DNA of 64,000 nt from Chloroflexota bacterium (GTDB lineage Bacteria; Chloroflexota; Limnocylindria; Limnocylindrales; CSP1-4): positions 10,701 to 74,700 of the forward strand of contig PLMA01000026.1 of assembly GCA_003141455.1 (NCBI GenBank), written 5' to 3'. Positions within the stretch are counted from its first letter, which is position 1. Each line of letters opens with the position of its first letter. Positions 38,028 through 47,642 of this stretch are shown one piece after another. Both the position numbers and the translations under genes were made by a program. The notes beneath the pieces were generated by a model that was not told the origin of the DNA, searched no databases, and saw only the letters and a list, made by a program, of their open reading frames with translations.

Positions 38028-39287
38028 GTGGAGACCTCGCGGCCGAACCCGAACCCGAACGCGTGGCCTCCGTTCTCGATTGCCCGGCTGCCCGCGATCC
38101 GGTTCGGGGCCGGACGATCCGCCGAGCTGGCGGAGATCGTGCGCGGCTTTGGCTCCCGGGCGCTGGTCGTCACACGCGGGCCGGGCTTTACGGATGGCCC
38201 GGCCTGGGCTCACCTGGGAGCGGGTTTGCGGCAGGCCGGCGTCGAGGTTGAGACGGTGGGCGTCTCGGGCGAGCCGTCGCCCTCGTTCGTCGACGAGATC
38301 GTGGCGAGGGTTCGGGCCGGAGCGCCGGTCGACGTCGTCATCGGGATAGGCGGCGGCAGCGTCCTGGACACCGCCAAGGCCGTGGCCGGCCTGCTCATCC
38401 CGGGCAATTCCGTCACGGATCATCTCGAGGGGATCGGGCCGGAGCTGCCCTACCGGGGGCCGGCCGTGCCGTTCGTGGCCGTCCCGACGACCGCGGGCAC
38501 CGGCAGCGAGGCGACCAAGAACGCCGTGCTCAGCGTTCGCGGCCCGGGCGGTTTCAAGAAGTCGTTTCGCGACGACGCCCTGGTGGCACGAGTGGCGATC
38601 GTCGATCCGGACCTGCTGGCCGAGTGTCCGCCGCAGCTGATCGCGGCCAACGGCATGGATGCCCTCACGCAGCTGCTGGAGTCGTACGTCTCGGCGCGGG
38701 CCAACCCGTTCACCGATGCCCTGGCCCTGTCCGGCCTGGCGGCGACACGCGACGGTCTGCTGAGCTGGTTTGGGGAGGCCACGGCAGGGCGAGGAGGGAC
38801 GGGGCGCGGGTCGCCGGCGGCCATGGCGCGGGAACGCATGGCCTACGCGGCCCTGTGCTCGGGAATCTGCCTTGCCCAGGCTGGCCTCGGCGCCGTCCAC
38901 GGCCTGGCGTCGCCGCTCGGTGCGCTCTTCCCGGTTCCGCATGGAGTGGCCTGCGGAGCGACGCTTGCGGCCGCGACGAGAGTCAACGTGGCGGCGCTGG
39001 AAGAGCGCGCCCCGGAGAGCGTGGCGCTGCCGAAGTACGCGGCGGCGGCGCGGGTCCTGTCGGATGCGAGCGCGTCCCTCAGCAACGACCGCGCGGCGCG
39101 ATCGGCGTTGGTACGGTTGCTCGAAGACTGGCGTGTCCGCCTCGCCGTCCCGCGGCTCTCCGCCTACGGTGTCGCCGAGACGGGCATCCCGGCGATCGTC
39201 GCCGACAGCCGCGGCAGCAGCATGCGAACCAACCCGATCGTGCTGACCGACACTGAGATCGCGGCGATCCTGAGGGCTTCGCTCTAG
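38028..39287 (+). CDS. Iron-containing alcohol dehydrogenase
   Basis: 'GIGGGSVLDTAK', 'VPTTAGTGSEAT', 'GMDALTQLLE', 'GAVHGLA', 'PHG'. Confidence 0.9.
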   Translation: METSRPNPNPNAWPPFSIARLPAIRFGAGRSAELAEIVRGFGSRALVVTRGPGFTDGPAWAHLGAGLRQAGVEVETVGVSGEPSPSFVDEIVARVRAGAPVDVVIGIGGGSVLDTAKAVAGLLIPGNSVTDHLEGIGPELPYRGPAVPFVAVPTTAGTGSEATKNAVLSVRGPGGFKKSFRDDALVARVAIVDPDLLAECPPQLIAANGMDALTQLLESYVSARANPFTDALALSGLAATRDGLLSWFGEATAGRGGTGRGSPAAMARERMAYAALCSGICLAQAGLGAVHGLASPLGALFPVPHGVACGATLAAATRVNVAALEERAPESVALPKYAAAARVLSDASASLSNDRAARSALVRLLEDWRVRLAVPRLSAYGVAETGIPAIVADSRGSSMRTNPIVLTDTEIAAILRASL

Positions 39288-39368
39288 CGCATGTAGGGCG
39301 CCGCCCTGCCCGGCGGGCACGGCCAGGCACGGTGGGCAGGGGCCCGCCCGGGCGCCCGGCGGACAGGC

Positions 39369-39397
39369 TGGCACGCAGCCTTCCGGCGCTGTAACCT
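39369..39397 (+). promoter_or_regulatory. Promoter TGGCAC-N17-TAACCT upstream of the riboswitch
   Basis: Hexamers with a 17-nt spacer just upstream of the aptamer. Confidence 0.5.
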
Positions 39398-39404
39398 CGT
39401 CTCG

Positions 39405-39635
39405 TCATCACGAATAGGGCCGCTCGTATCAGGGAAGCCGGTGCGAAACCGGCGCTGTCGCGCAACTGTGAGCGAGGAGCGGCTGGCCAGGAGTCATTGG
39501 CGGGAGCCAGTGCCTTTGGCGATTGAGCGAGAGTTCGATCGCATGCCACGGGGCGTGAGCCCGGGAAGGCGGCCAGCAGCGCAGCCAATGGCAAAGTCAT
39601 TGGTCACGATTCGCAAGCCAGGAGACCCGACCGAA
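39405..39635 (+). promoter_or_regulatory. Cobalamin (AdoCbl) riboswitch
   Basis: AGGGAA-gc-CGGTG-cgaaa-CCG-gcg-CTGTCGCGCAACTGT, GCCACGGG...GGGAAGGC and AAGCCAGGAGACC; precedes an ECF transporter operon. Confidence 0.92.
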
Positions 39636-39725
39636 CGGCGCAAGTCACCCACCTGCGCGGATCGGATGGGAGGCCTCCGGCGGCGAGGTCCCCTCCGGCA
39701 GGCGGGCAAGGCCGCCGGAGGAACG

Positions 39726-41147
39726 ATGCGAAGACCGGTCGTCGCCAGCGCGATACTGGCGACCCTCCTCAGCTTGCCGCTCGCACTGGCGGCGCCAGCG
39801 TCTGCGATCCCACCCACCGATTCGCAACGGGCAACTGCCGCGCTGCAGTACATGCTGGCGGCACAGCGGGCCGACGGCTCGATCGACGGGTCGCTCGGCG
39901 AAACCGCGGACTTCGTGATCGGGACGGCTGCCGCGGGCTACGATCCGGCCACTCTCCACGGCTGCACGGGCGGAACCGGCGCGCTGGAGTACCTGGCCAC
40001 AGCCTCCGACGGCGCGGCGGCCGACGCGGCCAAGACCGGCAAAGCCGTGCTGGCGGTCGTTGCGGCCGGCGGAGATGCATCGAGCTTCGCGGGCCGGAAC
40101 CTGCTCGCTCGACTGGCCTCGCTGCACCAGGCCTCCGGCGCGTACGGCGACGGCTCCACCTTCAGCCAATCGTTCGCGATCCTCGCGCTGGTCGCCTCCG
40201 GGCAGGCTGTGCCGGCGCCGGCCATCGACGACCTGAAGTCGCTCCAGGGTCTGGCGGACGGGAGCTGGAGCTTCGGCACCTCCGCGCCGGCCGCCGGAGA
40301 CGGCGACACCAACTCGACCGCGATCGCGCTGATGGCTCTGGATGCGGCCGGGAATCACTCGGCCGACTCGACCGGGCTTGCCTACATTCACTCAGCGCAA
40401 CTCGCCGACGGCGGGTTCCCCTACCAGAACTCATCGACCTTTGGGCCTCCGGCGAGCGATCCGGATTCGGATTCGATCGTTCTGCAGGCACTTGTCGCGG
40501 CCGGCGAGAACCCTGAGGCAGCGGCCTGGTCCAAGGGATCGAACACGGTCCTAACGCATCTTCGAGCTGGGCAGGGCGCCGACGGCGGGTATGCGTACCC
40601 GGGAATGGCAGAGAACGCATTTACCACGAGCCAGGTGCCGGCGGCGCTGATGCGCGTCCAGTACGCAGCGGCGGTCCACCCAACCACGGGTCACGCCCTC
40701 CCGACCGATGCCTGCCCGAGCCCAAGCCCGACCCCGACCCCGACTCCGACTCCGACGGCCAGCCCGAGCCCTGTCCCGACGCCGACGCCCACCATCCAGC
40801 CGACAGCTCGTCCGACTGTCCGACCGACTGTTCGACCGACTCCGAGGCCGACCGCGAAGCCAACGCCGGTCCCGACGGCCGATCCTACGCCGGTCCCGAC
40901 AGCCAGCTCGGAGACGGCGAGCCCAACCGAGACCTCCGTCCCATTGACCTCAATCGCCGCCGAGGAGACACCGACTTTCGAGGTGGCCGGAGCGACCGCG
41001 GCCGACGGTCCGCCCCCTCAGGTCAACGACGCCACTTCTTCCGGAGGACTCCCCACTCCGGTCCTGTACGGCATGGCGGCGCTCGTCGCCTTCCTGGCCG
41101 TGGCGGGTGGAGGGTGGGTCCTGTCGACGCGGGCGGGGAGACGATGA
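39726..41147 (+). CDS. Surface-anchored alpha/alpha-barrel (prenyltransferase/squalene-cyclase repeat) protein, B12-regulated
   Basis: Signal peptide; QxxDG repeats (QRADGS, ADGSWSF, QLADGGF, QGADGGY); 'DTNSTAIALMAL'; PT linker; C-terminal TM. Confidence 0.8.
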   Translation: MRRPVVASAILATLLSLPLALAAPASAIPPTDSQRATAALQYMLAAQRADGSIDGSLGETADFVIGTAAAGYDPATLHGCTGGTGALEYLATASDGAAADAAKTGKAVLAVVAAGGDASSFAGRNLLARLASLHQASGAYGDGSTFSQSFAILALVASGQAVPAPAIDDLKSLQGLADGSWSFGTSAPAAGDGDTNSTAIALMALDAAGNHSADSTGLAYIHSAQLADGGFPYQNSSTFGPPASDPDSDSIVLQALVAAGENPEAAAWSKGSNTVLTHLRAGQGADGGYAYPGMAENAFTTSQVPAALMRVQYAAAVHPTTGHALPTDACPSPSPTPTPTPTPTASPSPVPTPTPTIQPTARPTVRPTVRPTPRPTAKPTPVPTADPTPVPTASSETASPTETSVPLTSIAAEETPTFEVAGATAADGPPPQVNDATSSGGLPTPVLYGMAALVAFLAVAGGGWVLSTRAGRR

Positions 41148-41992
41148 TGCGACGCCTCGCGGTCGCCTTGGTCGTTGCCGTGTCCGTGGCGGCGCTCGCT
41201 TCACTCGCGCCCGGATCGCCCGTTCCCTCGGCCTGTGCAGCGGCCGGGTCGCACCACGCGGCCCTGGTCGTGGAGCATGGCGACGGCTCGGTGGTGAGCA
41301 GGTGCGTTGCCTTCGACGCGAGCCAGGTCACCGGGGAGGAACTGTTGAACGCCTCTGGCATCGCCTGGTCCGGCCAGACGTTCGGTGGCTTCGGCGACGC
41401 TGTTTGTTCTATGGACGGAGAGCCGGCCCGGTACTCGAGCTGCCCCGGCAAAGACGGCTACTGGGCCGTCTTCGTGGTCCGAGGCGGGGGCGCGTGGCAA
41501 CTCTCGAATGTGGGCATCTCGACCCTCACTCTGGCCGACAGCGATGCTGAAGGCTTCCGATACGTACCTTCGTCCGGGAACCCGGTGGCGCCGCCTTTGC
41601 CGGTAGGGATATGCGCGCCGGCATTGCCCGGGCCCGCGATCACGCCGACGCTCGCGGCCACGCCCAGGCCCGTGACCACGCCCACTCCCACGGCCGCCGC
41701 GGCGCCAACAGCCCGTCCAACTGCCGCCGCCTCAGACGTCGCCGCGCCCGGCTCGGTCGCTTCCACGTCGCCGGCTGCCACCGATTCGGCCGTCGCGGCC
41801 ATCGCCGGTGTGACGGCATCGTTCGCTCCCGCCGCGTCTGCCGGAATCGCCGCTCGTCCGGATGCACCGGCTCCGGCACCCGGTCCGGCGCCGGGCCCAG
41901 ACCTCGGACTGCTGGCGGCCGCTCTAGCCGGCGGAGGGCTTGGCGGCCTGGCGCTGCTACGGCTGATTGCCCTGCGGCGTCCGGTCCGGTGA
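41144..41992 (+). CDS. Surface-anchored DUF4430/SCO2322-like (transcobalamin beta-domain-like) protein
   Basis: Signal peptide; 'AVCSMDG.P', 'YWAVF...W..SNVGIS.L.L.D.D..GFRY'; Ala/Pro linker; C-terminal TM. Confidence 0.65.
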   Translation: MMRRLAVALVVAVSVAALASLAPGSPVPSACAAAGSHHAALVVEHGDGSVVSRCVAFDASQVTGEELLNASGIAWSGQTFGGFGDAVCSMDGEPARYSSCPGKDGYWAVFVVRGGGAWQLSNVGISTLTLADSDAEGFRYVPSSGNPVAPPLPVGICAPALPGPAITPTLAATPRPVTTPTPTAAAAPTARPTAAASDVAAPGSVASTSPAATDSAVAAIAGVTASFAPAASAGIAARPDAPAPAPGPAPGPDLGLLAAALAGGGLGGLALLRLIALRRPVR

Positions 41993-42906
41993 CCTCCGAG
42001 TCGACCCGGCCGGTGCCGCTGCCGCGGCCGCTTGTCTGGCATAGCGACCTGGCGCCGCGGTCCTGGCTGCTGTGGTCTCTGGCGGCGGTGACCGCGGCCC
42101 TGGCCAGCGACAACCCGGTATACCGCGGCCTGGTTGCCCTGGCTGCGCTCAACGTCCTCTTGAGGTGGCTGCCACCCGGCCGGAACCTCCGTCCCCTGGC
42201 TGTGGCAGTGGTCCTGGCCGCGGCCTTCGCCGGGCTGGTCAACGTCATCGCCAGCCACACCGGAGCGGACGTCCTTCTGCGGCTGCCGGCGGACTGGCCG
42301 CTCGTCGGCGGCCCGTTGACCGTGGAGTCGCTGGCGTTCGGCGGTGCGCTTGGGCTCGGACTCGTTGCGGCGCTGCTGGCCGTGGCGCCGCTATCTCTGA
42401 TCCTGGAACCGCACGACGTCGTCGACGCGATGCCCGCACCGCTCGAGCGTACCGGGATTGCCGTTGCGACCTCTCTCAATCTCGTCTCGGGTTTCGGCCG
42501 AACCTTCACCGCCGTGCGAGACGCTCAGCGAATGCGGGGTTGGCGGCCACGCGGCATCCGCTCCTGGAACGAGGTACTGGTGCCGGTGATGCTGACTGCT
42601 ATCGAGGATTCGGTCCTGCTCGCCGAGGCGATGGAGGCCCGCGGCTTCGGTGCCGGTCGGCGGACCAGCTACGCCCGACAGACCATCGGTCGCTGGGATT
42701 GGATCGTCGTCGCCGGGGCGCTCGGGGCCGCCGGGCTGTTCCTCGCCGCCCGGCTCGCCGGCACGCCGGTCGACTGGCAACCCTACCCGACTCTCGCCCT
42801 GCCACCGATCCACCCCGTGCTCGTCGCAGGCTGCGTGGCCCTGACTCTACCGGCGTTCGCTCGGCCCGTGCCGGCTCGATCGGAACCCGCGAGAGGCCGG
42901 CCGTGA
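41989..42906 (+). CDS. ECF transporter T component (EcfT/CbiQ family)
   Basis: Polytopic; 'AQRMRG' and 'AEAMEARGF' motifs; start overlaps the upstream stop. Confidence 0.88.
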   Translation: MTSESTRPVPLPRPLVWHSDLAPRSWLLWSLAAVTAALASDNPVYRGLVALAALNVLLRWLPPGRNLRPLAVAVVLAAAFAGLVNVIASHTGADVLLRLPADWPLVGGPLTVESLAFGGALGLGLVAALLAVAPLSLILEPHDVVDAMPAPLERTGIAVATSLNLVSGFGRTFTAVRDAQRMRGWRPRGIRSWNEVLVPVMLTAIEDSVLLAEAMEARGFGAGRRTSYARQTIGRWDWIVVAGALGAAGLFLAARLAGTPVDWQPYPTLALPPIHPVLVAGCVALTLPAFARPVPARSEPARGRP

Positions 42907-44273
42907 CGAGTCCAGTCGCTCAACTCGACGGCGTCTCGTACCGCTACCCGGGCGCGACTGCGCCGTCTCTGCGCGAGGTCGACCTGGCGATCGAGCCGGG
43001 CTTGACCCTCGTAGCCGGCAGCTCGGGTGGGGGCAAGTCGACGCTGCTCCGGCTCTTCGACGGCCTCGTGCCGCAGTTCCACGGAGGTCAAATCTCGGGA
43101 CGTGCCGTTGTCGCGGGCCTGGATCCGCTGCGGACGCCGATCCCGCGCCTGGCGACCCGGGTCGGCTTGGTCTTCCAGGACGTCGAGACGCAATCGGTCT
43201 ATGGATCGGTGGAGCGCGAGGTCGCCTTCGGCCTGGAGAACCTGGGCGTTCCGCGGGAGGAGATGCACCTCCGCCTGGACGAGGCGCTGGCCGCGCTCGG
43301 CATCGAGGACCTGCGCGAGCGGCGGCTCTCGACCCTCTCCGGCGGGGAGCGGCAGCTGGTCCAGCTGGCCGCGGTCCTGGCGCTGCGGCCGCAGCTCGTG
43401 GCACTCGACGAGCCCACGTCCCAGCTCGATCCGGAGGGAGCGGCCGCCGTCCTTGCCGCGTGCTCGAAAGCGGCCGATGGCGGGCGGGCCGTCGTCGTGG
43501 CCGAGCATAGGCTCGACACGCTGCTCCCCAGGGCCGATCGGCTGCTGCGCGTCGAAGGCGGGCGCGTCACGACGGGCGATCTGAGTGAGGCGGGCCGAGC
43601 GGCGGCAGCGGGCCCGCCACGACGCCGCCCACGGCCGGGGAACGCGGCCGATGCCGCCTGGGAGCTGCGCGACGTGGCGGCCGGACCGGCGAGGGACGCG
43701 ATCCTAGAGGGCGTCTCCCTGGCGAGTGGCCCCGGCGAGGTCGTGGCCCTGGTCGGCCCAAACGGCTCCGGCAAGACGACGCTGCTCCGAACGCTGGCCG
43801 GGCTGCTCCCGGCGCTGGCGGGCACGGTGCGGCGGCCGCCCGGCCGGACGGCTTACCTGCCGCAGAACCCCGGCGCGTTGCTGCACCTGCCGACGCTCCG
43901 GGCCGAGGTTGCGCTCACGATCAGGCGGACCGGGAGCGGCGAATCGCCCGACGAGATGCTCGGCGCGTTCGGGCTGCTGGGCCTGGCGGACCGGTACCCG
44001 CGCGACCTGAGCTCCGGCGAGCGCCAGCGTGCGGCCCTGGCTGCGACCCTGGCCGGGTCCCCGACGCTCGTTCTCCTGGACGAGCCGACCCGGGGGATGG
44101 ACCTGGCCGCGCGGCAGTCGCTCAGGGCCGCGGTCCGCGGCCTCGCGGCTCGAGGCTCGGCCGTGGTCGTCGCCACTCACGACACCGAGCTGGTCGCGGA
44201 CCTGGCGGACAGGACGATCGAGGTGCGGAGCGGCCGGGCCGTCGAGCTGCCGGCCCTGGGAGCGATCGCATGA
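42903..44273 (+). CDS. ECF transporter fused dual ATPase (A-A')
   Basis: Walker A 'GSSGGGKST' and 'GPNGSGKTT'; signatures 'LSGGE' and 'LSSGE'; 'LDEPT' twice. Confidence 0.92.
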   Translation: MTSPVAQLDGVSYRYPGATAPSLREVDLAIEPGLTLVAGSSGGGKSTLLRLFDGLVPQFHGGQISGRAVVAGLDPLRTPIPRLATRVGLVFQDVETQSVYGSVEREVAFGLENLGVPREEMHLRLDEALAALGIEDLRERRLSTLSGGERQLVQLAAVLALRPQLVALDEPTSQLDPEGAAAVLAACSKAADGGRAVVVAEHRLDTLLPRADRLLRVEGGRVTTGDLSEAGRAAAAGPPRRRPRPGNAADAAWELRDVAAGPARDAILEGVSLASGPGEVVALVGPNGSGKTTLLRTLAGLLPALAGTVRRPPGRTAYLPQNPGALLHLPTLRAEVALTIRRTGSGESPDEMLGAFGLLGLADRYPRDLSSGERQRAALAATLAGSPTLVLLDEPTRGMDLAARQSLRAAVRGLAARGSAVVVATHDTELVADLADRTIEVRSGRAVELPALGAIA

Positions 44274-45040
44274 TCGCCGTCGTCTCGGGCGCGGGCCTCC
44301 TCCTCTTCCTGTGGCCGTTCCTCGGTGGAGACCTGCCGCCGGAGGGTCCCGCGCTGGCGGTGACTCTCGGGGCCGTTGCCGCCCTCGCGTTGATGGAGAC
44401 GGGGGCTCGTCGCCTGGACTCCGGCCGACTGGCTCTGCTGGCCGCGCTGGCCGCGATCGACGCCGCGCTGCGCCTGGCGGTCGTCAACGGCGTCGCCGGC
44501 TTCAGCCCGATCTTCTTCCTCGTGATGGCCGCGGGTTACGAGTTCGGCCCCTCGTACGGGTTCCTGGTGGGCTCGTTCTCGCTGCTCGTCTCGGCACTCG
44601 TCACGGGAGGCGTCGGTCCGTGGCTGCCGTACGAGACGTTCGCCGTCGGCTGGGTCGGAGTCTCGGCCGGTCTGGCCGGCTCGTTCGTGCAGCGCATTCG
44701 ACCCGTCCGCGAATCCTGGCTGCCGCGGAGAGTCGACATCTCCGCCCTCCTGGTCGTTGCTGTGGCGACAGGCTTCGCCTACGGCGCCCTGACCGACATC
44801 TGGGGCTGGGTTGCCTTCTATCGCGGGGTCGAGAACGTCGGCTGGATTCCCGGCATGTCGCCCGGCGCGTCGCTGGCCCAGTTCGGCCGCTACTACCTCC
44901 TCACCTCGCTGACCTGGGATGCCTTCCGCGCCGTCGGAGACGCCGTCGCGATCCTCGCCCTCGGCACCCCGGTGCTCATGGCCCTCGGCCGGCTTCGCGC
45001 CCGTCTCGGCTACGAGATCGTGGTCTCGGCCGAAGCCTGA
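44270..45040 (+). CDS. ECF S component (CbrT-like, predicted cobalamin)
   Basis: 'LALLAALAAIDAALR', 'TGGVGPWLPYE', 'TSL.WDA.RA'; last gene of the riboswitch operon. Confidence 0.8.
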   Translation: MIAVVSGAGLLLFLWPFLGGDLPPEGPALAVTLGAVAALALMETGARRLDSGRLALLAALAAIDAALRLAVVNGVAGFSPIFFLVMAAGYEFGPSYGFLVGSFSLLVSALVTGGVGPWLPYETFAVGWVGVSAGLAGSFVQRIRPVRESWLPRRVDISALLVVAVATGFAYGALTDIWGWVAFYRGVENVGWIPGMSPGASLAQFGRYYLLTSLTWDAFRAVGDAVAILALGTPVLMALGRLRARLGYEIVVSAEA

Positions 45041-46356
45041 CCGGGCCGCAGCCGGCGGACGAAGAGGCACCACAGGGCTACGAGCCCGTACAGCGAGCTC
45101 GACCAGGCGAGCGTCACGATCGGCGCCAGCGGACCGGCGGCGGGTGGCTCGATCCCCCACACGGCCGCCCAGACGAGCGCCGAGCCGAACCAGGCGCCGA
45201 GCAGTCCGAGGTCGGTTCGACCCAGGACGCGGAGCCGGAGGTCCGGGGCATCGACCGCCAGCAGCAGCCCGACCGCGACGAGCGCGATCGACCCATTCCA
45301 GAAGCTCTCCTTGGGCGCCCCGACTATCCCGGCCACGAGCGCCAGACCCAGGCCGAGCGCGAGGCCTCGCCGGGAGAGCATCTGGCCGCGAGCCCGCCAC
45401 AGGACCAGCAGCGTCAGCAGGCCGAATGCCGCGGTGGCGACGAGCATCACCGGTCTCGGATCGAAGCCGCCGCTCCAGGGCGCGACCGATTTGTCGGAGG
45501 ACACGACCAGTCGGCTGACGAAGCCGTTGATCGATTGGTTCGTGTAGAAGGCATCGGGGTCGAGGAGTGAAGCCAGTCCTCCGCTGCCCGCGGCGGCCCA
45601 CGGCGCGACGACGACGGCAGCGGCCAGCGAACCGAGCATCCCAACTACGATCCCCAGCGCGGCCCCGATCCGCCGACCCAGCCCAAGCGGCGCCACGTAC
45701 ACGCCGGGTACGAGCTTCACGATGGCCGCCAGGCCGACCAGGAGACCGCCAAGAAACCGCCGCGCGGACGTTGAGCCGTCCAGGACGAGGACCGTTCCGA
45801 TCCCCAGCAGCGGGAAGAGGACCAGGTTCGCCTGGCCCATCGCGACCGTCCCGTAGATCGGCGCGTACAGACCGGCGGCGAGCGCGGCCACGAGGCGTCG
45901 CCGACCCCCGACCGGGGCCCTGCCGTGCGCCCATACGAGCCACGCGGCCACCGTCAGGCCGAAGAGCACGAGCGAGATGGCGCCGAAGGCCGCGACCGCG
46001 ACGGCGAAGGGCAGCAGCGCGAATGGGACCATCGCCACGGCGAAGGGCAACGGATAGGAGTAGCCGCCCCCAACGAGGAAGCTGAGCCCCTCGCGCCGCG
46101 CTGTTTCGGCGAGTGCCGCCGAGTCGTACGGGGATTGGCCCTGCAGGATGAGCTTGCCGGCCAGCCAGTAGTCGTGGAAGTCGTTTGCGCCCAGGCCGAG
46201 GACCAGAGCCCAGAACGCCCAGCCGAGGAGCGGTATCGCGACCGCCGCGATCGCCAGAGCCGCGATCTCCCGAGGGCGGATCTCGTCGCGCGCGGACACA
46301 TCGCCCAGCTCGTCGAAGTCCGCCATGGGAATCCTCTCTCTCGCGTCTGCGCTCAT
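45010..46356 (-). CDS. GT87-family membrane glycosyltransferase
   Basis: 'DFHDYW.AG...GQSPY', 'YSYP.PFA..MVPF', 'GQAN', 'AAIVKLVP', 'NQSING'. Confidence 0.8.
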   Translation of the reverse strand: MSADARERIPMADFDELGDVSARDEIRPREIAALAIAAVAIPLLGWAFWALVLGLGANDFHDYWLAGKLILQGQSPYDSAALAETARREGLSFLVGGGYSYPLPFAVAMVPFALLPFAVAVAAFGAISLVLFGLTVAAWLVWAHGRAPVGGRRRLVAALAAGLYAPIYGTVAMGQANLVLFPLLGIGTVLVLDGSTSARRFLGGLLVGLAAIVKLVPGVYVAPLGLGRRIGAALGIVVGMLGSLAAAVVVAPWAAAGSGGLASLLDPDAFYTNQSINGFVSRLVVSSDKSVAPWSGGFDPRPVMLVATAAFGLLTLLVLWRARGQMLSRRGLALGLGLALVAGIVGAPKESFWNGSIALVAVGLLLAVDAPDLRLRVLGRTDLGLLGAWFGSALVWAAVWGIEPPAAGPLAPIVTLAWSSSLYGLVALWCLFVRRLRPGQASAETTIS

Positions 46357-46550
46357 CCTGCCATCATCGAGCCGGTGCGTCCGGGCCGGAACGAAGGAGC
46401 GTCGGCGACAGCCCAGCGAAAGCCGGGTGCCCCCTGCGGAGGCCGCGACCGTGAAACGTCAGGGCGCACGCCGGGCTGGCGGCGGCTGGTCGACGGAACC
46501 GGGCATGCCTCGGCGCTCGCCAGATCGGCGGCAGCGGGCGACGCCAGGGG

Positions 46551-47642
46551 CTAGCTGGTGGCCCTCACGTCCCTGGGCCCGGTCGAGGACTCGCGGACCA
46601 CGAGCTCGGCGGCGAGGATCAGGTGATCGGGCGCTCTCCCGGGCTCCTGCATCTCGCGCATCAGCATGCTGATCGCCTCGTGGCCCATCTGTTCGATCGG
46701 CTGGCGGATCGTGGAGAGCGGAGGGCGTGTAGACAGAGCGGTCGGTGAGTCGTCGAAGCCGACCACCGCGATATCCTCGGGGATGCGTTTCCCCGCCTGG
46801 TGGAGAACGCCGATTGCCGCGGCGGCCATCAGGTCGGAGGCGACGAAGACGGCGTCGACCTCGGGATGGTTCAGTAGCAGCCGCTCCATCGCCATGTGTG
46901 CACGATTGGGCAGGAAGTTGGCGACTTCCTCCAGCGTCGGGTCGAGCGCAATGTGGGCAGCCACCAGGGCGTCTCGATAGCCCATCAGCCGGTCGACGGC
47001 GGTGGTCATGTCGAGGTTGCCGGAGATCGTCGCGATATGGCGGCGGCCCAGCGAGATCAAGTGCTCCACCGCCAGCCGCGCGCCCTGGCGGTTGTCGATG
47101 TCGATGTAGCTGGCGACGATTCCCCTGGCCGGCGTACCCCACAGGACGGTCGGGATCCCGGCATCGCGGAGCCTATTGGGCAGCTGGTTGTCGTTGTGGA
47201 TGCTGATCAGTACGACCCCATCGAAGTGCCCTCCGAGCAGGTACGCCTCGGTCAGCCCCAGGTCCTTTGCCAGGTGAGGCGCAAGCATCAGCGGGAGCAG
47301 AGATCGCTCGCCGAGAGCGTCATAGATGCCCGCGAAGAGGACCGAGAAGAACGGGTCGCCGAAGATCCTGGTCGGCGGTTCGGTGATGACGACCGCGACC
47401 GTCTTGCTCCGTGGCGAGTTCATGTGGAGGGCGGAGCCCGGGGACTGGTCGGCGATCGCATCGGGCCTCGCCGGCCGGGCCGGCGGACTCGCCGGCAGGC
47501 TGCCATGGGCCGACGAGGAGGCCGCGGCGGAGACGCTCGGAATCGTGCCGGCCGTCCGGACGGGGACGGTACTCAACTCGACGTGCGGGGGCAACGCTGC
47601 GGGCATCTTCCTTCTCTGGGTCGTGTCCGGGCCCGGTCTCAT
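46551..47642 (-). CDS. LacI/GalR-type ligand-binding domain without the N-terminal HTH (start uncertain)
   Basis: 'TVAVVITE...DPFF', 'IDIDNRQGARLAVEHL..LGRRHIATISG', 'DRLMGY', 'DAVFVASDLMA', 'PEDIAVVGFDD', 'PPLSTIRQP', 'LVVREST'. Confidence 0.8.
   Translation of the reverse strand: MRPGPDTTQRRKMPAALPPHVELSTVPVRTAGTIPSVSAAASSSAHGSLPASPPARPARPDAIADQSPGSALHMNSPRSKTVAVVITEPPTRIFGDPFFSVLFAGIYDALGERSLLPLMLAPHLAKDLGLTEAYLLGGHFDGVVLISIHNDNQLPNRLRDAGIPTVLWGTPARGIVASYIDIDNRQGARLAVEHLISLGRRHIATISGNLDMTTAVDRLMGYRDALVAAHIALDPTLEEVANFLPNRAHMAMERLLLNHPEVDAVFVASDLMAAAAIGVLHQAGKRIPEDIAVVGFDDSPTALSTRPPLSTIRQPIEQMGHEAISMLMREMQEPGRAPDHLILAAELVVRESSTGPRDVRATS

Noticed and set aside
40725-40900. Short PT/PS and RPTV repeats in the B12-regulated surface protein (also 4375-4490)
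   Set aside because: Ordinary low-complexity linkers of exported proteins.
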